Assembly (NCBI GenBank): GCA_951406725.2
Contig: OX597814.1
Span: 201,252,001-201,316,000, forward strand
DNA length: 64,000 bases
Origin: Octopus vulgaris
Taxonomy: Eukaryota
Reading direction: 5' to 3'
This document shows, in pieces, positions 1 through 12,161 of this stretch. The notes under the pieces are model-generated. The model was not told the origin of the DNA and did not search any database. It saw only the letters and a program-made list of their open reading frames with translations. Both the position numbers and the translations under genes were made by a program. Numbering within the stretch: the stretch's first letter is position 1; the number at the start of each line of letters is the position of its first letter.

Positions 1-400
1 CACTGCGTGGCACCTTGGTCAAGTGTCTTCTATTATAGCCTCAGGTGGACTGAAGCCTTGTCAGTGGATTTGGTAGATGGAAAACTGAAAGAAGCCTGTT
101 GTATATATGTTTATATATATATAGGTGTGTGTGTGTATGTATATATATATATATATATACATATATTGATGATGATGATGATATATATATATGAATGTAT
201 GTGTTTGTGTGTCTGTGTTTGTTCCCCCAACATCACTTGTGTTGGTGTGTTTACATCTCTGTAACTTAATGGTTTGGCAAAAGAAACTGATAGAATAAGT
301 ACTAGGCTTACAAAGAATAAGTCCTGGGGTCAATTTGCTTGACTGAAGGTGATGCTCCAGCATGGCTGCAGTCAAATGACTGAAACAAATAAAAGAATAG
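1..400 (+). mobile_element. tRNA-derived SINE family A (5' end outside window)
   Basis: Matches the other copies: cactgcgtggcacctt...gtggatttggtagatggaaactgaaagaagcc-(TA)n/(TG)n-...gctccagcatggctgcagtcaaatgactgaaac. Confidence 0.85.
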
Positions 401-632
401 CAAATAAATGTCCAAAGAGTGCCTGATTGAGAAAAGTATCTTCTTTCAAAACGTATGTACATGGTTGACAGCTGTTAATGAAATAAATAATTCTTTTGAT
501 GAAAATAAACAAAGTTTTCTTTAGAAGCTTTGAGATGTATTGAAAGATACAGAAATAGTTATACTCAAATGCATGATAATAAAATAGTGTGAACAGGATA
601 AATTATCCATACAATGCAGAAAAATACATTAC

Positions 633-706
633 TGGCCAGCCATGAGACTTGAACTCACATCTCTATGATTACATGTCAAGTGCTTTACCACTAAGCTAAA
701 CTGCCC
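633..706 (-). pseudogene. tRNA-like sequence (TGT anticodon, Thr-like pseudogene or SINE head)
   Basis: Minus strand gggcagtttagcttagtggtaaagcacttgaca-TGT-aatcatagagatgtgagttcaagtctcatggctggcca: A box, B box, T arm and imperfect acceptor stem. Confidence 0.55.
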
Positions 707-1754
707 AGTAACGAATCCTTCTGCAATTTTAGAATTTATAAATTTAGCTCTATAAGACGCTAATGTTAAATTTAAATTATGATGAAAACAAACAAATAAA
801 GTTTGCATTAGAAGAATTGAGATGTATTGAAAGATACAGAAATTCTTTGTTTTGGATATCAAGTCAAAATTGAATTGTTTCATTTTTATTCTTATGTGTA
901 GATATCAATTCCCAATATTGTTTTATATTTGCACAAAAGGAACTGACATAATCCTGCTAATTAATCCCTGGTAGTCATGTTCAGTATATTTAATGATTGA
1001 ATAACAAAAATAATTATCTTCAACAGTTCACTAAACAGCTTTTATATGCATAACAAATAATTTTTTTTAAATGCATGTGATGTGTCTGAATAAAGAAATA
1101 GTGAAGTTATCAAAAGATTGATTTGAATCCAAACATATTTGATGTGAGGAAAATTATCTTATTACATATTAGCCCAAAGAAACATACCTACCAGCCACAA
1201 TAAGAAAGATTCCTTAAAGAGAACTGAGCTCCAAGTTTTTTTATGAACCTACCAAAACAGTCTGGAATGTTCCATGCAGTTTTTAGGCACAGAAACTAAA
1301 CTTTTCTCTTTGACTGTCACTGAATATCACAAACTGACACCAAAGATGATTCCCTGGAGAAAATGTCAGTAGGCTTATAGCACAGTTCCGGTCAATATTA
1401 CCAAATAAAGAAATATTTGCCAAAGATTTTGCCAAAGATTTTAACTTTTGATGTTTGAATTCGAGGAAGGCTGTCTGTTATATTCCGAGAGTGGGTATCA
1501 CATTACAAGTTTCCACTAACACCAGCTGTATTTGATGATATTCACAAAATATTTTACTTTAAGGCATATAGTTAGGATTCTTTTCCTAATCCCCCATACT
1601 TTACAATGCATTGGAGACAATGTTTTTATATCAGAGTCTGTGGGTCAATGGCTATGCTTCAATCTTCAAAGTTTTTATTCATTGTTGAAATAACGAACAC
1701 AAATTCAGAATTATTTACATTTGATGAATATTTGTCCTCATCTCATTTGTTGTT

Positions 1755-1800
1755 AACACAACGTTTCAGCTGATATACCCTCCAGCCTTCATCAGGTGTC
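1755..1800 (-). ncRNA. Minimal type I hammerhead ribozyme motif
   Basis: GACAC-CTGATGA-A-GGCTG-(10 nt)-CAGCT-GAAAC-GTT^GTGTT; stem I GACAC/GTGTT, palindromic ACGT stem III. Confidence 0.75.
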
Positions 1801-2105
1801 CTGGGAAAATTTCGAATCTGGGTTCTCGTTCCTAAGGTATTTTCCCAATGTTATTATTATGGCATAGTGGTTAAGAGCACGGGCTGCCAGCCCCAAGATT
1901 CTGAGTTCAATTCCAGACAGTGACCTGAATAATAATAATGACATTGGAAAAATACCTTAGGAATGAGAGTCCAGATAAATTTTCCCAAGACACCTGATGA
2001 AGGCTGGAGAGTACATCAGCTAAAATGTTATGTTAACAACAAACAAGATGAGGACAAATATCCGTCAAATGTAAATAATATAAATAATTCCTCATCTGTT
2101 AAATA

Positions 2106-2449
2106 TTGCTGAGACCCCCTTCGGTCATGACTGACTGTGAGATTGCACCTAGAAAGTTACTCACCCAGGCACAAGTCCGGGCAAAGTTGTTTATGGAAGA
2201 CCAGCAGTCACCCATGCATAACAGCCTCCCCTCTCCACGCCACCAGTGTTATCTAAGGGAAAGGCAAAAGGGCCGATACAGCTTGGCTCCTGTGACATTG
2301 CAACTCATTTCTACAGCTGAGTGAACTGGAGCAACGTGAAATAAAGTATCTTGCTCAAGAACACAACACACAGCCCAGTCAGGGATTCAAACTCACAACC
2401 TCACGATCGTAAGCCTGACGCTCTAACCACTAAGCCATGCGCCTTCACA
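2106..2449 (-). mobile_element. tRNA-derived SINE family C, nested in the SINE-H tail
   Basis: Minus-strand head gtgaaggcgcatggcttagtggttagagcg...gagtttgaatccc; second copy at 20084-20413; flanked by tgttaaatat/tgtcaaatat. Confidence 0.8.
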
Positions 2450-2764
2450 TGTCAAATATAGAACTGCAAAAATTCAGAATTGTGATTAAAAAGACGTTCT
2501 GTAATAAATCAGCAGATACTGATAAAATAACTAACTCATTAATTTTCCTCACGCACTGATTAATAAATAATACATTTTTGCATTTGTGATATGTAAAAAA
2601 TTATTTAGATTTCTTCAAATAATTTTCTAAAATGAGATCAAGCTCAGTTTTTCATTCAGTGAAATATTAAAAATTATCCTAATATCCAAGTTCCTCTTCC
2701 TCACATTCTCCACAGGATGTTTTTCTTATCCATTTTGATTAACTGAATAATGACGTCAAATGCT

Positions 2765-3098
2765 GAACAAATCATTTCATTGTTTGTTTGATTATCTGAG
2801 ACTACAAAATATCCAGGATTTCTTATAATAAACAGTTAAGAATGTTGTCACTGTATTGCATTGATTTTTTTTTTTATATGCTCAGTTCACAATATTTTGA
2901 TATTAAAGCTTTTCTTAGCTGGTAAAAAATCATCATCGTGGCTGTGTGGTAAGTAGCTTGCTTACCAACAACATGGTTCTGGGTTCAGTCCCACTGTGTG
3001 GCACCTTGGGCAAGTGTCTTCTATATAGCTTCGGGCTGACCAAAGCCTTGTTAGTAGATTTGGTAGACAGAAACTGAAAGAAGCCCATCGTATATATG

Positions 3099-3137
<39 letters not shown>

Positions 3138-3777
3138 TGATACGAGGTCAGTTGAGAAAAAAATTCTATGACCCAGTTTCGTGGTTTGATGTCGGACAGA
3201 CTGTTATTGGCTTTTATCCTGTCATTTGTAGGTAAGATTAATGAATTAGGAAGTGACATTTTGGATCCCTACGGTCAGGGAAAGTTTAAGAAAAAAATAA
3301 ATCTACTACCCTTTAAAATGCGGTGAGCTGGGAGTTCCTCTAGTCAGTTGGCAATAGATCAGTTGGCAGAGGAGTTGAGTTGGCAACAGGGTAGTTGGCG
3401 TGAGGGTTGATGCAGAGATGACAGTTGGCAAGAGGCGAGAAGGAACAAATCATTTCATTGTTTGTTTGATTATCTGAGACTACAAAATATCCAGTATTTC
3501 TTATAATAAACAGTTAAGAATGTTGTCACTGTATTGCATTGATTTTTTTTTTTATATGCTCCGTTCACAATATTTTGATATTAAAGCTTTTCTTAGCTGG
3601 TAAAAAATCATCATCATGGCTGTGTGGTAAGTAGCTTGCTTACCAGCCACATCGTTCCGGGTTCAGTCTCACTGTGTGGCACCTTGGGCAAGTGTCTTCT
3701 ATATAGCTTTGGGCTGACCAAAGCCTTGTTAGCAGATTTGGTGACGGAAACTGAAAGAAGCCTATCGTATATATGTA
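2765..3777. repeat. Direct duplication of about 340 bp (2765-3135 and 3443-3777) including the SINE-A 5' half
   Basis: gaacaaatcatttcattgtttgtttgattatctgagactacaaaatatccag... is present twice, nearly identical. Confidence 0.85.
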
Positions 3778-4053
3778 TCATAATCATCATCGTTTAACGT
3801 CCGTTTTCCGCGCTAGCACGGGCTGGACGGTTCGACCAGGGTCTGGGAAGCCAGGGGCTGCTCCAAGCTCCAGTCTGATCTGGCAGTGTTTCTACAGCTG
3901 GATGCCCTTCCTAAAGCCAACCACTCCGCGAGTGTAGTGGGTGCTTTTTACGTGACACCTGCACAGGTGCCAGGGGAGTCCGGCATCGGCCACGATCGGT
4001 TGGTGCTTTTAACGTGCCACCGGCACGGAAGCCAGCCAAGGTGGTGCTGGCAT

Positions 4054-4088
<35 letters not shown>

Positions 4089-4795
4089 TTGTGTATCTGT
4101 GACTGTCCCTCCAGCATCGCTTGACAACCGATGCTGGTGTGTTTATGTCTCTGTAACTTAGTGGTTTGGTGAAAGAGACCGACAGAATAAGTACTAGGCT
4201 TACAAAGAATAAGTCCTGGGCGCGATGTGCTCGACTAGAAGGTGGTGCTCCAGCATGGCCACAGTATCCTCCTGTGGAGTATCCTCCTCCTCATCATCAT
4301 TATCATCATCATCATCATCGTTGTCGTTGTTTAACGTCCGTTTTCTATGCTGTCATGGGTTGGATGGTTTGACTGAGTACTGGCAAGACAGGAGGCTGCA
4401 TCAGGCTCCAATCTGATCTGACAGGGTTTCTACGGCAGGATGCCCTTCCTAACACCAACCACTCCGATAATGTAGTGGGTGCTTTTTATGTGCCACTGGC
4501 ACGGGAGCCAGTCAGGCAGCAGTGATGTTGGCCACGTTTGGATGGTGCTTTTTACGTGCTATTGGCATAGGAGCCAGTTGGGGTGGGGGTGGGGAGACAG
4601 GCATTGACCATGTTTGGATGGTGTTTTTTTATGTGCCACCGGCATGAATAGCCAGTCAGACGGCTCTGGCATCGACCCACGCATGAATGGTGCTTATTGC
4701 GTGCCACCAGCATGGCAGCCAGTTAGGTGGCACTGGCATCGGCCACAACTACAATTTCCATTTTTGATTGTGATTTGATTGAGATTCTGATTGTG
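3778..4795 (-). mobile_element. Two RTE-type LINE 3' ends with (GAT)n tails, interleaved with a SINE-A 3' half
   Basis: (cat)n-cgtttaacgtccg...ctacagctggatgcccttcc motif, shared with the RT-coding copy at 16730-17450. Confidence 0.7.
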
Positions 4796-4868
4796 ATTTT
4801 GAAAGGCTTAGATGATGCATTTATCTAATCAGTACAACAGTTTCATATCAACTATACACTATTATGGT

Positions 4869-5145
4869 CAGTGGCGGACTGGGTCTATAAATATTGGTTG
4901 CCAGGAGACTAAGGGAGGCCATCCGCAACTACAGGGGGGGGGGCACCTGCAACTGCAATGCTATCATTTAAATTTTTTTTGTTAAAAGTATTCTTTTTCA
5001 ACTGTCTACAAACACAGCCAGGCTGAAATAATTAATGCATTCTCAAACTTGAGGGGATAGGCCCCTTAGATACTAACATGTGCCCCTATATATATGGACT
5101 CTACTGGCACATTGGTAAGCTGGCAACCTAGCCAGTCCACCACTG
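4869..5145. mobile_element. hAT-type MITE
   Basis: TIRs cagtggcggactgg / ccagtccaccactg; degenerate 8-bp TSD attatggt / actatgat. Confidence 0.65.
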
Positions 5146-5454
5146 ACTATGATTAGATCATAAACAGAAAATATAGATTCCTTATGAAAATTCTTTACTT
5201 TTTGAAATATCCTTCCTTTATTATTAATTATGGTCTACAAATGCTAAAATTTCAAGAGATTTATTACTTTGGAAAATTATAGCAGATGTTATATATAATG
5301 TGTTAATACAAGTTTATTCATATCAAGAAGGGCAAAACGTATTATATGAAATGAATTTTAAAACATTATGTTGAAAATGTAATAATAAAAATAATACTGA
5401 TTTTCAACATGTGCGTGGGCATGACTGACTGTGTGGTAAGTACCTCTGACTATA

Positions 5455-5839
5455 TATCCTGAACAGGTAATGCTTCTTGATAGCACTGCCAGGTCAGGGA
5501 TATTTGGTGATTGTTCATTGGTCCCAGCCCAAAAGTTGTCCTGAACAGGCGGGTCAGGTGTTCCTCGTTGATGCCCAGATTCCACCCAAGAACGTCATTG
5601 CACCTCCCCTCCACTAATCCTCTATAGAACACCTTTTTTTTAAACTTCATTACAACAAAGGCGTTCTATAGAGGATTAGTGGAGGGGAGGTGCAATGACG
5701 TTCTTAGGCAGAATCTGGGCATCGACGAGGAACACCTGACCTGCCTGTTCAGGACAACTTTCGGGCTGGGACCTATGAACAATTACCAAATATCCCTGGC
5801 CTGGCAGTGCTGTTGAGAAGCATTACCTGTTTGGGATAT
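5455..5839. repeat. Fold-back inverted duplication (about 180-bp arms, about 20-bp loop) of the L1/Tx1 fragment
   Basis: 5455-5636 is the reverse complement of 5657-5839. Confidence 0.9.
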
Positions 5840-5990
5840 GCTCTACAGGCACAGTTCAAGACACACTGGACCGACTTGCCCAAGATGCGGTCAGAGCGAC
5901 GAAATAATTCTGCACACACTTGTGCAGTGTCCAACCATTTCGGACCTGTGCGCTTATGCCGAATGGCTGCTGTCACATGTGGGATGAGTT
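5652..5990 (+). pseudogene. L1/Tx1-clade ORF2 C-terminal zinc-finger (zf-RVT-like) fragment
   Basis: Manual translation TTKAFYRGLVEG...SLAWQCC*EALPVWDMLYRH...TCPRCGQSDEIILHTLVQCPTISDL (CxxC-x8-H-x4-C). Confidence 0.7.
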
Positions 5991-6007
5991 TGCCTGTTGG
6001 CCAAGTC

Positions 6008-6026
6008 TATAGATAAATAGATAAAC

Positions 6027-6100
<74 letters not shown>

Positions 6101-6187
6101 TAGATAGATAGATGGATTGATAGATAGGTAGATAGATAGATGGATTGATAGATAGGTAGATAGATAAATATATATATATATATATAT

Positions 6188-6235
<48 letters not shown>

Positions 6236-6410
6236 GTAGATAGATAGATGGATTGATAGATAGGTAGATAGATAGATGGATTGATAGATAGGTAGATAGA
6301 TAGATGGATTGATAGATAGGTAGATAGATAAATAGATATATAGATAGATAGATAGATAGATAGATAGAATGGGTAGATACATAGACAGACAGACAAATAA
6401 ATAGATAGAT
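6008..6410. repeat. Compound (GATA)n microsatellite
   Basis: Direct inspection. Confidence 0.95.
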
Positions 6411-6924
6411 AGTTGGATGTATAGATATAAATACAGTTAAATGCATCAGCATTTTCTGTTGTAAATTAATGCAAATTTTTTTGATAAGTAAGCATTGAAC
6501 ATCAAATAATGGGATTATAACACCATTTTTTGATGAAGTGTATTATTCTTAATGGTTTACATTTACTGGTTAATGAAATCACGGAATATCAGTAAATTCT
6601 TGAAATAAAATAAGCCCAAAATGGAATTTTGAAATTTCATTATTTTATTATGGTAGAAATTATATAAATTGTCTTAGGTTCGAGGCAGAGAAGGAGAGAA
6701 AAAGAGAGAGAGGGGGAGAAGGAAAGGGAAGGAGAGTAATTTATTTTGCAGAACTTCAACGGTCAAAACTTGAAGTGTGATGAAGAACGTTATGAATTTA
6801 TAATGTCTGAAAGATAATACAAAAAGAAGAAAAAGAAGGAAATTGCTTGATTCATTCGTACAGAATTTCTGTGACTGAGATTTACATTATTATTCATTTG
6901 TCTTTTTTTATTATCCTCTATCTT

Positions 6925-7174
6925 TTTCTCTTTTACTTGTTTCAGACATTAGACTGTGCCCATGCCGGGGCACCACCTTGGAGAATTCTTAGCTGAATGA
7001 ATTGAACCGCGATACTTATTGTTTTAAAGCCTGGTACTTATTCTGTCTGTCTCTTTTGATGAACCACTAAGCTATGGGGATGTAAACACACCAACAACGG
7101 CTGTGAAGTGGCAGTGGCTGACAAATACAGACACAAAAGCACACACACATAGATATATAACTATAGCAGATACG

Positions 7175-7229
<55 letters not shown>

Positions 7230-7376
7230 TTATCTGTCTGTCTGTCTGTCTATATGTATGTCTATCTGTCTGTCTGTCTATCTCTCCATCTATCTGTCTG
7301 TCTATCTATCTATCCATCTGTTTGTCTGCCAGCCTGTCTGCCTGACTGCCTGCCTCTCTGTCTGTCTGTCTATCTG

Positions 7377-7437
<61 letters not shown>

Positions 7438-7605
7438 ATGCAATGGGCTTCTTTCAGTTTCCATCTACCAAATCCATTCATAAGGCCTTGGTAAGCCCAA
7501 GGGCTATAACAGAAGACACTTGCCCAAGGTGCCATGCAGTGGACTGAACCGGGAACCAAGTGATTGGGAAGCAAGCTTGTAACCACATAACCATGCCTGT
7601 GCCAT
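6925..7605 (-). mobile_element. SINE family A with expanded internal (TCTA)n/(TCTG)n
   Basis: Reverse complement of the family A head and tail. Confidence 0.8.
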
Positions 7606-8245
7606 AGTAATTAGTTAAATAATTATTTTATTTTTTAAGTCTATCACAATTAGTCAACAATAAAATATTGGTCAAAGTTTAACAATGACCAATCACTCAT
7701 TCACTGGTTTTCATTAAATTACAAGAATGACAAGGGAGTGCTTATAATTTAGGGCAGAACAAATATTACAAGTGAGCATTTTCTGAAGTGAGCCAATTTT
7801 TCTTTTCTTTTTTTTTTGTTTTTCTCAAGTGTAACATAGACGCAGGCCTGATTGCATGGTTCGGATATCTGCTTTCCAGTCACATGGTTCTACGTTCAGT
7901 CCCACTGCATAATACCTTGAGGAAGTGTCTTTTACTATGGGTCTAACTTGACCAAAGCCTTTTGAGTGGATTATAGACGGAAACTGGCATAAAAAGTACC
8001 CAGCACATTCAGTACAGTGGTCGGCATCATTAGGGGGAGTGTTCAGCAATAGAAACCATGCCAAAACAAATGGTGGAGCTTGGCACAATCTTCTGACCTA
8101 CCAGCTCCTGCCAAACCCACCAACCCATGCCAGCATGGAAAACAGATGTTAAATAATACTAATGATGATGAAAATGATAGTGATGATGATGAAGATGATG
8201 ATGATGGTGATGGTGATAATGAGGGTGATGATAATGATGATGTTG

Positions 8246-8278
<33 letters not shown>

Positions 8279-8519
8279 ATGTGTCGTTCATTTCAAATAT
8301 TCTGCAAAACATGTTTAGCTATGGTAGAATATTACCTTGTTTGGAAACAAGTAAGGGTTGGTGACAGGAAAAGCATCTGGCCATAGAAAATGTATCTCAG
8401 TAAACTCCACCCAACCCATGCAAGCATGGCTCAGTGAAAGTTAAAAGAATGATGATGATGATGATGATGATAATGAGTAGGAGGAGGAAGATGTGGATGA
8501 GGATACTGCTACTGATTGT

Positions 8520-9243
8520 TTGTTTGTTGAGCGAAGCAGTCTTCGTCCTCTTGGGAGAAGTCCGAAACGTGGTCCTTTGCTATTCATAAGACCCGCAGAA
8601 GAGAAAGCAGGTCAACCCTCAACACCAAGAGCATTAACAGATGGATGAATGCGCATCCAGGCTCAGCGGTTGCATAGGAAGTCGGGGACAAGAAACAGGA
8701 AAAAAAGAGTGAGAGAACGTTGGAGCGAAAGAGTACAACAGGGGTCGCCACCACCCCTGCCGGAGCCTCGTGGAGCTTTAGGTGTTTTCGCTCAATAAAC
8801 ACACACAACACCCAGTCTGGGAATCGAAACTGCGATCCTCCGACCGTGAGTCCGCTGCCCTAACCACTGGGCCATTGCGCCTCCACTTGCTGCTGCTGAT
8901 GACGATTTACATCCCTTCAATTAAAGCAATTTGTTTGTTTGTTTGTTCCTTCTCAAGCCATGCCTGGCTCATGAGGGCCGGTTTCCCGGTTTCTTGGTGT
9001 ATAGGTTCCTCATCTGGATGGGACACCGGTCCATCACAGGTGAGCTGCTAGATGCAGGAGGAAAGAGTGAGAGAAACTTATGGTGAAAGAGTCAGCAGAA
9101 GTTTTGCCATTACCTTCTGCCCAAGCCGTGTGGAACTTAGGTGTTTCACTCATAAACACACACATCGTCCGGTCTGAGATTCGAACCCGAGATCCCTCGA
9201 CCACGAGTCCGCTGCTCTAACCACTAGGCCATGTGCCTCCACA
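8520..9243 (-). mobile_element. Two related tRNA-derived SINEs (family E 8520-8886, family F 8932-9243) with (AAAC)n tails
   Basis: Heads gtggaggcgcaatggcccagtggttagggcagcggactcacggtcggaggatcgcagtttcgattcc and gtggaggcacatggcctagtggttagagcagcggactcg; family E also at 46407-46780. Confidence 0.75.
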
Positions 9244-11423
9244 ATTAGAGCAATGAGATCATAGAAGCATTACAGAAGATGCAGAAAGCAAACAGAAGCA
9301 AGGAATAGGAACAATTAAACTAAGAAATTATGTGTAGTTCTTTAGAACTTCAGTGTAGTTCTTAAGCTGTAAACATCTTAAGGTAGAAGTTAAACCTCCT
9401 TCAAGAAACTTGAAAATGACGTCCATGGATTTTAAATCATTAATCTCATCACCACTGTCATCGCTGTCATCGTCATCATAATTGCCACCGTCATCAATAT
9501 TGTAATAGATCCATAATAAAGACTTGATAAACATTGTTAGAAGTGGCAAATTGATTGTAACATTAGATCAGAGACCTCGGTGTCAGATGGCTACTTGATA
9601 TGAGCTGACTCAAGGCAAACCATTGGCCACAGCAACAACAACGTCAACAATAGAAGTCATCTGTATCTACACTATAATGAAGAAAGCTGCATACTAATTA
9701 GGTATGTAACAATTACTAAAAGTACTAAAAGGAAGCAATTATTAAAGGGTTGACAGTCTGGAAATATTTTTATAAATTCATATTGTAAGAAATTTCCTAT
9801 AATTTCAATTTCTCAAGTTAATTGAATTTTTTAAACTCCAATTTATCAAGTATTTTAATATTCATTGCATTCACTGCGTCCAATTTTTCACATATTTAAA
9901 TATTCATTGCATTCTCTGCCGACTATTCCATTTTTATTTGCAAAGTCTCACTTTCTCTTTTAATGTTTTCATTTCAAGTTTTGATTTGCTATTCGGAAAA
10001 CCGACAGTTTATTCTGTTAATGTATACGTAGTGTATAAACATTATATATTGAATGAAAGGATCTTTTCCGTTTGGTTGCCAGCGGCTGCCAGCATCAATT
10101 TTCTGTTCGAATTGATTTCATATTCAGTGTAATGATACACTTTAATAGGATGATTAAGGACGTGAAAGTAATTTTCGCTATAAATCAGTAAATAAAGAAT
10201 TATTGGTAATTAAAGTTTGAAAATTTTGAGTAAGCCACAGACACATTCATGCCTGTTTCGATAGTAACAAGCAGACACATGAGAACTCTTTTGCCTGTTG
10301 CCATTGTAACAGTCTCTGAAAAGTCTGCGAGGAATCAGGATTTGTGGTCATGCTGGAGCTGGTTTCTTGCTATAGAAGAGCTACATGGCTACTTGCATAA
10401 TAGAAGAGTGGGTGGAAGCAAGTGGGGGTGGAGCAGAAAAGGGAGATAAAACAGGTTTGATGAAGTGTCAGTGTTGATGCTCAAGTTATGAGGTGAAGAG
10501 AAGTGAGTTGGAACAGAACAAGGAATATGATTTGGTAGAATTTGCAAGATTCCATGAGGAGAATGTTGGATGGTTTGAGGTAGAGAATAGGTGGTGAGGC
10601 AAATATACTGAAAGAAGGACAAGAGTTGAATAGCGATGGGTGATGAATGTACATTGAAAGGGATGTAGGGAAGAGTAGGTGATGACTGTAAGAGATTGGG
10701 CAGTGTTGAGGGTGAATGTAGGAAATGATGGACAAAGATGGAGAGGGGGAGCATTAATACATATGAGTTAAGGGGAAGGTTGAAGGTTGTAGCTAATGCT
10801 TAACAGTACAGAAAATGGTGGTGGGGGGAAGCAACAATATTTTGCACAATTCTCAAAAATAGTTGATTCATAAAGCCAGATAGTCATCACCATCATCATC
10901 ATCATCATCATCATCATCGTCGTCGTCGTCGTCTTCATCGTCGTCGTCTTCGTCGTCGTCATCATCATCATCATCATCATTGTTACTGTCGTCTTCATCA
11001 TTATCATTTAACGTCTGTTTTCCATGCCTGCATGGGTTGGATGGTTTGATAGGAGCTGGTAAAGCCTGGGATCACACTCAGGCTCCATAGTCTGTTTCCC
11101 CATGTTTTCTACAGCTAGAAGCCCTTCGTGATCCCAACCCCTTTATAGCCCCTACTGGTTGCTTTTTGTGTGGCACCAGCACCAGTGATTTTACATGGCA
11201 CCAGCGCCAGTGTTCTTTATGTGGCACCAGCACCAACAGGGTCACCAAGTAACTTGCAAGACAAAAAACCTCTTCAGCTGGAAAGAGGGAGTAATAGTGA
11301 GGGTGGTAGTGGCTTTGTTTCAGTTAGGAGAGATAAGATATTTAGAGGGACAGGGGTAGGCATCTTGCTGTAGAGAATAAAGAAAGAGGGGTGAGATAGA
11401 GAGTAATATTGTGGACATTAAAG

Positions 11424-11995
11424 AAGGTGGTGAGCTGACAGAATTGTTAGAATGCTGGGTTTAATGTTTGGTGGCATTTCATCCATCTTTGTTTTCAATT
11501 GAAATGTTGCCGAGGTTGACTTTGCCTTTCATCCTTTTGGGTGGTTGATAAAATAAGTACCTGTTGAGTAATGGGGTCGATGTAATCAACTTAGCCAACT
11601 CCTCCAAAATTGCTGGCCTTGTACTAAAATGTGAAGTGATATTGTAGACATAAACTTCTTTGTTTTATTTCAGTAAAAGTTAGTCTCAGAGTTGAAGCAA
11701 TAAAAATAATGTTGAAGGCAGTAAGATGGCAGAAACGTTAGCATGCCTGGTGACATGCTTAGCAGTATTTCATCTGTCTTTACATTCTGAGTTCAAATTC
11801 TGCTGAGGTCAACTTTACCTTTCATTCTTTCAGGGTCGATAAATTGAGTACCAGTTGCATTCTGCGATCGATAAATTAAGTACCAGTTGCATATTGGGGT
11901 TGATAAATTAAGTACCAGTTGCATACTACGGTTGATTTAATCGACTGGTTCCCTCCCCGCAAAACTTCGGGCCTTGTGCCGAAAGCAGAAAAGAA
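11424..11995 (+). mobile_element. Two SINE family B copies
   Basis: ggcagaaacgttagca...gagttcaaattc...gtcaactttacctttcattctttcagggtcgataaatt.agtaccag. Confidence 0.75.
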
Positions 11996-12161
11996 TAAAA
12001 ATAATGTTGATTAATTCTCAAAAACAAAACAAAAAAAAAATTAAATTAAATAAAAATATATATATATTATTGCAAAAAGTCAGCGTTATATAAAGAACTG
12101 CACAGAGAAGAATAGAAAACTTACCAAAATATATTTCAGTAAAGAAAAAATATATATATAT

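Larger units (their letters stand above)
1713..2467 (+). mobile_element. SINE-H: tRNA head + (AAT)n + hammerhead tail, preceded by an inverted copy of its own tail
   Basis: Head 1861-1930 (ggcatagtggttaagagc...gagttcaattcc), tail 1940-2105 and 2451-2467, inverted tail 1713-1860; flanked by aaattcagaatt at 1701-1712 and 2470-2481. Confidence 0.8.

Noticed and set aside
6777-6880. C/D-box snoRNA-like GTGATGA...CTGA
   Set aside because: No terminal stem or recognisable antisense element.
5954-7547. ORFs rich in YLSI, IY, HT, poly-M/K/E here and throughout the window
   Set aside because: They are translations of microsatellites and SINEs, not genes.
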